Origin: a virus
Lineage: Duplodnaviria > Caudoviricetes
Reading direction: 5' to 3' (one strand)
IMG/VR virus record: IMGVR_UViG_3300025429_000009
Location: 1 to 64,000 of that record
DNA length: 64,000 bases
This document shows, one piece after another, positions 57,225 to 64,000 of this stretch. Positions within the stretch are counted from its first letter, which is position 1; each line of letters begins with the position of its first letter. Below the pieces are notes generated by a model. That model was not told the DNA's origin, did not search any database, and saw only the letters and a list, made by a program, of their open reading frames with translations. The translations under genes were made by a program, and so were the position numbers.

Positions 57225-57244
57225 GACTATAGTAAGGACTCGTT

Positions 57245-60200
57245 ATGACAGACAATCTTGTTCACCTTCACGTTCACACCGAGCACTCATTCTTGGACGG
57301 TCTCTCTACCGTCGATCAATTGGTCAACCGAGTGGTGGACCTTGGCCAAAGTGCAGTGGCCATTACCGACCACGGCGAATGCTCTGGTCACCTGCGCCTA
57401 CAACACGCTGCCGATAAGGCTGGCATTAAACCCCTGTTCGGTATGGAGGGATACTTCACCGAGAACCGTTTCGACAAGAGCGGTAAGAAGGGTGAGAACT
57501 ACGACCACATGACCATTGTGGCCATGAACGCCCAGGGACTAGAGAACCTCTGGGCACTCTCGAGCTTGGCGTACATCGAGGGTAGCTACTACTCTAACCC
57601 ACGCTTTGACTGGGAACTCTTGCAGAAGTACAACGAGGGACTCATCGTCACTGGTGGCTGCATGGGTGGTTGCATTGGTAAGAGCCTCAAGGATGATGGC
57701 AACTACGAGAAGGCTGTGGAGCGCATTGGTCGTTACCAGGCCATCTTCGGTGACCGTTTTCACTTGGAGCTACACACTTACCTCGACCCTGAGAGCAACG
57801 AATGGAACTTGCGAGTGGCAGAGGCTGCCCTTGACTTCAGTGTTCCGATGATTACCGTGAGCGATGCTCACTACGCTAGCCCAGACCAGTGGTATGCCCA
57901 TGAGCTGATGACCGCTGTGCAGATGGGTAAGACCATGAACGACCCCACACGGTTTAGCTATGGTCCTAACCAGCTGTGCATCTTCTCTGAGGAAGAGACC
58001 CGCAGCAGACTTAGTTATTTGCCCGAGAGCATCGTTGACCAAGCCATCAAGCGCACGTCAGAGATTGCGGACATGTGTGATGCTCGAGTGCCTGGTGCTC
58101 GTAAGATGCCGGTGTTCTACAACACTGCCAAGATGGACGAGCGCAAGCTCCGTGAGACTGCCGAGGAAGGCTTTGCTCGTAAGATCGTTGGCCAGGTGGC
58201 CGATGACCTGCTGCAGAAGTACCGTGACCGCCTTGAGTATGAGATGGATGTTATTATCACTCGTGGCTTCCCTGGTTACTTCCTAACCGTACAAGACATT
58301 ATTAATTGGAGCAAGAATGAGAACTTATTGGTCGGCCCTAGTCGTGGTTCAGTTGGCGGTAGTCTGCTTGCTTATGTTATGGACATTACAGAAGTCGACC
58401 CTATCCCAAGTGGTCTCATTTTTGAGCGATTTCTTAATCCTGAACGCGTTTCTATGCCTGATATTGACATTGACATGCCAAAGGATGAGCGTATTCTGGT
58501 TCGTCAGTACCTTGAGCGTAAGTATGGCCGTTACAATATCGCTTCGATCGGGACGCTGAACACACTAGGACCCAAGCAGTCCATCCGTGATGCCTGCCGT
58601 GGCCTGGGCATTAACAAAGAAGACACCCAGCAGATGATTGACATCATCGACGACGACTGGAACATCAAGAACCGTGGAGCTGAATGGAAGGACGTAATGC
58701 GTCAGTACGGCTCAGAGTACTCCGTGTGGATGACTAGGTATCCCAAGCTGTTTGAGAATCTGCCTGAGTTTGTTAATCACATTCGCCACGCTAGTGCTCA
58801 CGCTGCCGGTATTGTTGTCAGCAAGGACTCACTCATTGGTGCTATGCCGTTGAGATACAACCCTAGTAACGATGATATTAGAACACAGTTTGATATGGGA
58901 GACGTGGACGAACTTGGCTTCGTGAAGATCGACTTGCTTGGTCTGCGCACGCTGAGTACGCTCATGGTAGCCCTCGACCTGATTAAGGAGACCAACGGTG
59001 GCACCCTACCTTTCCGTCATTTCTACGAATGGAACTACGAGTGGGACAAGTATTACGACGACCCAGCTGTATGGGACTCCATCAGCACCGGTCACAATAT
59101 TGGACTCTTCCAGATTGAGACAGGTTCCCTTAGAAGTTTGGTTAAGCGATTCCAGCCAAGAAGCATAGAAGACCTATGCACCATGATTGCTATCTACCGC
59201 CCTGGTATCACCAGAGCTGTGGACTCAGAGACAGGTTTGAACCTGCTCGAGATGTATATGCAAAAGCGTGAGGGAAAGCGCCCCGTAAAATTTAAACACC
59301 CACGACTTAGTGCAATACTAGGTGTATCGTACGGAAGCTTTGTTTACCAGGAACAGATCATGGAAACGTGTGTTGAGCTGGCTGGTTACACCATTGTTGA
59401 GACTGACCGTGTCCGTAAGGCAGTAGCTAAGTCCAACTACGAAGACATGAAGGACGAGGCTGAGATCTTTGTGCAGAAGTGCATTGAGAACGGCGTCGAC
59501 AAGGCCACAGCTGAGTCAATTTTCGATGACATGCGTGCGTTTGGTATGTATGGTTTCAACAAGTCACACGGTTATGGCTACTCCATGCTCTCCTACTGGA
59601 CTGCCTGGATGAAGCACTATTACCCACGTGAGTACATGACTGCTCTGTTCCGTACCAACCCAGCTGACAGCGTGGTGTACACCCGAGAAGCTCGACGCAT
59701 GGGTATCGAGGTGCTTGGACCAGACATCAACGAAAGTGGTAGCAACTTCACCCTGACGAAGAACGGTAGCATCCGCTACGGTTTGAGCAGTGTCAAGTTC
59801 GTAGCTAACGCTGCAGCTGAGATTCACAAGCTTGGGCCGTACAAGAGCATGGATGAATTCGTTGCTCGAGTCCCGACACGACGCATCAACAAGCGTGTTA
59901 TCATATCGATGATCCGTGCGGGTGTGTTTGATAGCATCTGTGGGGATTCAAAAACAGCACTATACGAGTACTGTAAGGACCGTAAGGAGTTCAAGAAGTA
60001 TGTCAACACTACATGTCCTCCGGAATGCGCTTACTGCGCTGGACGTGATAACTATTTTGATTGTTATGCGATTAACGTGGAACACATCCTCGACCGTGGT
60101 GCCAACGAACAAGAGCTTCTGGGCACTATGGTTAGTATTGATCCTCTTGCTGACTACATAGAAGTCATCGAAGAAGAGCACAACTTTCCTGGAGAAAAGA

Positions 60201-60538
60201 AGATGTTTAAGGGTGAGAAGGCTATGCTCGGTGGTATAGTGACAATGATCAAACCATTGGTTACCAAGAAGGGTAAGAACCCAGGCTCAGAGATGTGCCA
60301 ACTTTGGGTAGAATTGCCTATAATGTCTGTTGAAGAGGATGGATTGCTTGACGAAGAGAGCGAAGAGAGTTCTGCGAAAGATGAAAGCGTTCAAATCGTG
60401 GCGTTCCCCGATACCTATAAGAGAATCAGAGAAAGTCTTGAAGTCGGCACGCCAGTCCTGGTGGAAGTCGAGAGACTGAAAGACGGTCTGAGTCTTAGGA
60501 ATCTTTTCCGACTTGACAAGCTAAAAGAAGCAGTGTAG
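57245..60538 (+). CDS. dnaE: DNA polymerase III alpha subunit
   Basis: HLHVHTEHSFLDG, TDHG, GPSRGS, FERFLNP, PDIDID, HAAG, KIDLLGL, YQEQ, FNKSH. Confidence 0.96.
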   Translation: MTDNLVHLHVHTEHSFLDGLSTVDQLVNRVVDLGQSAVAITDHGECSGHLRLQHAADKAGIKPLFGMEGYFTENRFDKSGKKGENYDHMTIVAMNAQGLENLWALSSLAYIEGSYYSNPRFDWELLQKYNEGLIVTGGCMGGCIGKSLKDDGNYEKAVERIGRYQAIFGDRFHLELHTYLDPESNEWNLRVAEAALDFSVPMITVSDAHYASPDQWYAHELMTAVQMGKTMNDPTRFSYGPNQLCIFSEEETRSRLSYLPESIVDQAIKRTSEIADMCDARVPGARKMPVFYNTAKMDERKLRETAEEGFARKIVGQVADDLLQKYRDRLEYEMDVIITRGFPGYFLTVQDIINWSKNENLLVGPSRGSVGGSLLAYVMDITEVDPIPSGLIFERFLNPERVSMPDIDIDMPKDERILVRQYLERKYGRYNIASIGTLNTLGPKQSIRDACRGLGINKEDTQQMIDIIDDDWNIKNRGAEWKDVMRQYGSEYSVWMTRYPKLFENLPEFVNHIRHASAHAAGIVVSKDSLIGAMPLRYNPSNDDIRTQFDMGDVDELGFVKIDLLGLRTLSTLMVALDLIKETNGGTLPFRHFYEWNYEWDKYYDDPAVWDSISTGHNIGLFQIETGSLRSLVKRFQPRSIEDLCTMIAIYRPGITRAVDSETGLNLLEMYMQKREGKRPVKFKHPRLSAILGVSYGSFVYQEQIMETCVELAGYTIVETDRVRKAVAKSNYEDMKDEAEIFVQKCIENGVDKATAESIFDDMRAFGMYGFNKSHGYGYSMLSYWTAWMKHYYPREYMTALFRTNPADSVVYTREARRMGIEVLGPDINESGSNFTLTKNGSIRYGLSSVKFVANAAAEIHKLGPYKSMDEFVARVPTRRINKRVIISMIRAGVFDSICGDSKTALYEYCKDRKEFKKYVNTTCPPECAYCAGRDNYFDCYAINVEHILDRGANEQELLGTMVSIDPLADYIEVIEEEHNFPGEKKMFKGEKAMLGGIVTMIKPLVTKKGKNPGSEMCQLWVELPIMSVEEDGLLDEESEESSAKDESVQIVAFPDTYKRIRESLEVGTPVLVEVERLKDGLSLRNLFRLDKLKEAV

Positions 60539-60568
60539 TATCGTATGCAGTTAGAAGAGGAGGGCTTT

Positions 60569-60703
60569 ATGGCCAAGATGAAAGAATGGCGTTGTCCCAA
60601 GTGCAAGGCAGAAGTCCAAGCACTTGCCAGCGCAGTAGCACACCGTTGCCCAAGCAACAAGAACACATTCACAGCATTTGAACAAGTAGAGGAGAAGAAA
60701 TAA
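60569..60703 (+). CDS. 44-aa Zn-ribbon protein absent from the ORF track
   Basis: GAGGAGG SD; WRCPKC..HRC. Confidence 0.55.
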   Translation: MAKMKEWRCPKCKAEVQALASAVAHRCPSNKNTFTAFEQVEEKK

Positions 60704-61008
60704 TGAAGTACGCACGCCTAGAACACACCAAGATTGACCTGAACGCACACGAAGAAGGTGAGTGCCAGAGCCCTTATGCCTGTGCCATCCACAACCGTAC
60801 TAACCACCACATGCGTCACTTCAAGCAGTTCTACCGCTTTGAACGTGGCATAATGGAGCGCATCTGTTCGCATGGTGTGGGCCACCCAGACCCAGATGAC
60901 ATCAAGACCATCAACGGTACGGACGATGGTGTTCACGGATGCGATGGCTGCTGTATCCGCTTTGCAACAGAAGAAGAATACCTAGATTCACAGAAGAACG
61001 GTGAGTAA
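60703..61008 (+). CDS. Cys/His-rich phage protein
   Basis: CAIH..HHM, MERICSHGVGHPDPD, HGCDGCC. Confidence 0.65.
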   Translation: MKYARLEHTKIDLNAHEEGECQSPYACAIHNRTNHHMRHFKQFYRFERGIMERICSHGVGHPDPDDIKTINGTDDGVHGCDGCCIRFATEEEYLDSQKNGE

Positions 61009-61130
61009 TGCGTATCGAGATCGAAATTGATCCAAGAACATATGCAAACATGATGCGTGATGCTGTATACTACAGAATAGATAACATCGAAGAATTTATC
61101 GAAACAAAATTGGAGGAGCTATATGGCTAA
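61008..61130 (+). CDS. 40-aa protein, possibly ribbon-helix-helix, absent from the ORF track
   Basis: TAATG coupling; MRIEIEID strand followed by two helices. Confidence 0.45.
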   Translation: MRIEIEIDPRTYANMMRDAVYYRIDNIEEFIETKLEELYG

Positions 61131-61491
61131 AGATGACAACCACCCATACGAAAAAGCACCATGGAAGGATCCATGGTACTCTAAGACATGCCCTTGTAAG
61201 GAATGCAAAACTAAAGAACGCTGCGGTAAGTGCAAGAAGGATAAGAGCATGAGCGTTCACCCAAGCGTGAAACCATTGGAAGAAAAAACACCTTTGCTTA
61301 CCGTAGAAGAAGCCATTGAGTTGTATCGCAAGGCCAAGGCTGACAAGGTTACTATGGAGCTTGCTTTGCGTCATGCCCAGGCAAAGGTTATTGAAATCGA
61401 GGCAAAGACTATCTCGGCAGCCAAAGAAGAGAATCGTGCCAAGTTGACTCTGGAGCGTGCATTCGAGAATGAGGCACGTAAAAATGGCTAG
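61123..61491 (+). CDS. Hypothetical protein (Cys motif plus coiled coil)
   Basis: GGAGG SD. Confidence 0.55.
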   Translation: MAKDDNHPYEKAPWKDPWYSKTCPCKECKTKERCGKCKKDKSMSVHPSVKPLEEKTPLLTVEEAIELYRKAKADKVTMELALRHAQAKVIEIEAKTISAAKEENRAKLTLERAFENEARKNG

Positions 61492-62599
61492 AGGTACTGA
61501 CGCTATTGACAAGCTCATCGCAGATCTAAACAAGTTCACACCAGAGGGATCAACCAAGCCGTTGGTCCTACGAGGTAACGACATCGAGAAGGTGAACGCT
61601 ATCCCTTGCTTCACACCAGCACTAGCTTATTTGCTAGGCATTGGTGGTTGGCCTGAGGGGAAGCTCATCGAGTTCTTTGGTAAGGAGCACTCTGGTAAGA
61701 CTTCGTTCGCCATCATGGCACTGAAGGACTGCTACGACTACTACAATGGCGAGAAGATGGTAGCTATCATCGACCTCGAGCACCGCTTTAACCCTGAGTG
61801 GGCAGAGAAGCTTGGTCTGAAGATCGATGAGAACCTCATTGTGGTACAGCCACCAGACGCCGAGACAGGCACTGACATGATGGTTGCCCTCATCAAGAGC
61901 AAGCAGATTGGTGCTATTGTCTGGGACTCCGTTGGTGCAGCAGCTACCAAGCACAGCATGCAGCAGCTCACAGACAAGAACGACAAGATGGGTGGCAACG
62001 CTGCAGTGATGAAGCGTAACGTCCAGACAGTTGCTCCTTTGGCTAACCTCTACGGTGTTACCTGCTTTTACCTGAATCAGCTCCGTGCTGACATGGATGG
62101 TTACAACCGTCCTATGACCCCAGGTGGTCACGCAGTCAAGCACGCAATGAGCGTACGTATCTACCTACGCCCAGGAAGTGATAAGTACTTTGACAAGATC
62201 AATGGCGAGAACACTCAGGTTGGCAATCCTATCGTTGTTAAAACGGTAAAGAATTCCTATGGACCTCCCTTCCGTGAGGGTTGGACTGACTTCTACAGTC
62301 AGCCATGTGCATTCCTGGATCACCCAGGCATTGACACACGTAGAGACCTCGCACGTATGGGTATTCTCCTGGGGGTAGCTAACCGTGCAGGAGCCTGGTT
62401 CACTTGGCGTTACATCAAGGCACAAGGCCGTGACGCTTTCTTTGAGTCGATCTGGAACAGCGGCATGGCAGACGAGTTCGAGGCAGAGATTATTGCTGCT
62501 ATCAAGAAGGGCTCAGGTATTACAGAGGTTGAAGGCGATGAGTTCTTTGGCCGACCACTAACAGCAGACACAGATGATCTGCACGACCCGGAGGTATAA
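61484..62599 (+). CDS. recA: RecA-family recombinase
   Basis: GGWPEGKLIEFFGKEHSGKT, IDLEH, VWDSVGA, LNQLR, TPGGHAVKH, KN, AGAWF. Confidence 0.93.
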   Translation: MARGTDAIDKLIADLNKFTPEGSTKPLVLRGNDIEKVNAIPCFTPALAYLLGIGGWPEGKLIEFFGKEHSGKTSFAIMALKDCYDYYNGEKMVAIIDLEHRFNPEWAEKLGLKIDENLIVVQPPDAETGTDMMVALIKSKQIGAIVWDSVGAAATKHSMQQLTDKNDKMGGNAAVMKRNVQTVAPLANLYGVTCFYLNQLRADMDGYNRPMTPGGHAVKHAMSVRIYLRPGSDKYFDKINGENTQVGNPIVVKTVKNSYGPPFREGWTDFYSQPCAFLDHPGIDTRRDLARMGILLGVANRAGAWFTWRYIKAQGRDAFFESIWNSGMADEFEAEIIAAIKKGSGITEVEGDEFFGRPLTADTDDLHDPEV

Positions 62600-62601
62600 C
62601 A

Positions 62602-62793
62602 ATGCAAGTTGGAGATTCAGTAGTATCAGTATCGTCAGTTGGCACTATTGTTGGTGTAGCTAAGTCTGGTAACCCAGTCATTGAATGGTCTGGAACTTAC
62701 TCAGAATTTGAAGAGGTGGCACCAGAAGACCTTATTGTTGTTGAGCTTCCTAAGCCAACCGAAGAGCTCGACCCATCAAAGGATGCAGAATGA
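62602..62793 (+). CDS. Small SH3/KOW-like protein
   Basis: MQVGDSV..GTIV..IEW; GGAGG SD. Confidence 0.55.
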   Translation: MQVGDSVVSVSSVGTIVGVAKSGNPVIEWSGTYSEFEEVAPEDLIVVELPKPTEELDPSKDAE

Positions 62794-62960
62794 CTGACCA
62801 CGAAGACGAGTACGAAGGCGTAACCCTATACGTTGATGCAGAAGGCTGGCCCGACAACCTCGCTGGTGTGCGTTTGTTAGAGCAGACAGCTATGCGCATG
62901 GAAGATGGTCGAGTCAAGATCATTGGTGACCCAGTGTGGAGTCTTGAGGCAAATGACTGA
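62790..62960 (+). CDS. 56-aa acidic protein absent from the ORF track
   Basis: ATGA overlap. Confidence 0.5.
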   Translation: MTDHEDEYEGVTLYVDAEGWPDNLAGVRLLEQTAMRMEDGRVKIIGDPVWSLEAND

Positions 62961-63129
62961 GTATGTCCCAAAGAAATCCACGTGCAAAAACTGCTACCGC
63001 AAGTTCGGTGAAAGAAGAGAAGTCTTACAAGGCGCCGATGGCACATGGGTTCACACCTTCAACAACGGTCAACACTACCCAGTCAAATGCAACATATGGG
63101 AGCAATGGGAAGCCGAACCTGATGACTGA
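62953..63129 (+). CDS. Small Zn-binding protein
   Basis: CKNC..WVH..C. Confidence 0.55.
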   Translation: MTEYVPKKSTCKNCYRKFGERREVLQGADGTWVHTFNNGQHYPVKCNIWEQWEAEPDD

Positions 63130-63421
63130 GTTTGAAAAGGTTTTGCAGGAGATCTATGATCTTCATAGCAAAAAGCAATCTGATTACGGACGCCCAGAAC
63201 AGGGGGACCCCTTTGCCAATGTACGTGCCAGCGAAGACTTTGGCATCCCTGGATGGCTGGGCGCCGTAATCAGAGCAAACGATAAGGTACGACGCATCCA
63301 GAAGTATGCACGTGGTGGTACCATGGTTAATGAGTCGGTAGAAGACTCGTTGCTTGACGCAGCTGTTTATTTTATGATAGCATTGTGTTTATTTAGGGAG
63401 CAAAATGGAATCAGCACGTGA
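63122..63421 (+). CDS. DUF1599/nucleotide-modification-associated domain 1-like protein
   Basis: KKQSDYG..DPFAN, IR..DK..R, NESVEDSLLDAAVY. Confidence 0.75.
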   Translation: MTEFEKVLQEIYDLHSKKQSDYGRPEQGDPFANVRASEDFGIPGWLGAVIRANDKVRRIQKYARGGTMVNESVEDSLLDAAVYFMIALCLFREQNGIST

Positions 63422-63668
63422 GAACATTGCCAAGTGGGTTAAAGAGTTCAGAGCTCGCGACAAAGCACATACTATTTCTATTGATGTAGACTTCTCAGAA
63501 GAAGAGCATGCTTCAACGCTCAGAGCTGCTACCTCATTGGGTATGACTTTTGATGAGTATTGCAACTATGCTCTAGAGAAGGCTTTGTTATCTTATAAGT
63601 GCCCAACATGTTTGCAATACAGACCAGATAGATCAAAAATCTGTAAGTTCTGTGGGGAGATTGACTGA
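63405..63668 (+). CDS. Ribbon-helix-helix-like plus Zn-finger protein
   Basis: ISIDVDFS..AATSLGMTFDEY; CPTC..CKFC. Confidence 0.55.
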   Translation: MESARENIAKWVKEFRARDKAHTISIDVDFSEEEHASTLRAATSLGMTFDEYCNYALEKALLSYKCPTCLQYRPDRSKICKFCGEID

Positions 63669-64000
63669 TGAAGCGTAACCTTTGGAAGAAGATTGAACGT
63701 GAAGGAGACTGCTGGGTATGGACTGGCAGCACTGCCAACCGTGGCTACGGTAGCATCCACCACAACGGACGTAATGGTTATCTACCACACCGATTGGTGT
63801 GGGAACTGCTGCGTGGACCGATCCCTGATGGATTGGTACTTGACCACATGTGTCAGAACCGTCGTTGCGTAAACCCTAAGCATCTTGACCCAGTAACTAA
63901 CCGAGTAAACATTCTTCGTGGTAAGAGTGTTGCTGCTCTTAACTTTATTAAGACTGAGTGTGTCAATGGCCATGCATTTGACAGCAAGAACACAAAGATT
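63668..64000 (+). CDS. HNH endonuclease, 3' truncated by the window end
   Basis: CWVWTG..GYG..HR..W..GPIPDGLVLDHMCQNRRCVNPKHL..VT..N. Confidence 0.88.
   Translation, partial: MKRNLWKKIEREGDCWVWTGSTANRGYGSIHHNGRNGYLPHRLVWELLRGPIPDGLVLDHMCQNRRCVNPKHLDPVTNRVNILRGKSVAALNFIKTECVNGHAFDSKNTKI

Noticed and set aside
52746-62599. Inteins or introns in DnaB, DnaE or RecA
   Set aside because: Lengths are normal, motifs are contiguous, and no splice-junction or homing-endonuclease inserts were seen

Overview
This window is 64 kb of a large lytic myovirus genome. Essentially all genes are on the + strand and use the standard code. The host is inferred to be an actinobacterium, from WhiB, an Rpf-like protein, an MSMEG_6728-family glycosylase, a DnaE with an intact PHP site and leaderless-type promoters. 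Positions 1-39.9 kb are the virion module: portal, membrane (holin-like) genes, prohead protease, scaffold, decoration protein, major capsid protein, fibres, NlpC/P60 lysin, neck, sheath, tube, frameshifted chaperones, tape measure and baseplate. Positions 39.9-64 kb hold a SNF2 helicase, a secreted Rpf, a whiB-GT2-GT4-GT17 operon, two tRNAs, an Ntn protease, a 5'-3' exonuclease, a LuxC-like protein, an Hfq/Sm-like protein, a DnaC/DnaB/primase/SSB/DnaE/RecA replisome and an HNH gene. The strongest candidate for a new system is a Ser-Gly dipeptide. It is heavily enriched in predicted surface-exposed parts of tail, baseplate and fibre proteins and nearly absent from buried ones (tube, sheath core, tape measure). 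The same genome encodes three glycosyltransferases, which suggests sequon-directed O-glycosylation of the virion. Other highlights are an Hfq-like protein in a phage of a phylum that lacks Hfq, several strongly structured intergenic RNAs, a LuxC homologue with Ser at the catalytic Cys position, and a recurring [KR]-x-A-[SA] motif in head proteins. All family assignments are by eye from motifs, and all counts are manual.
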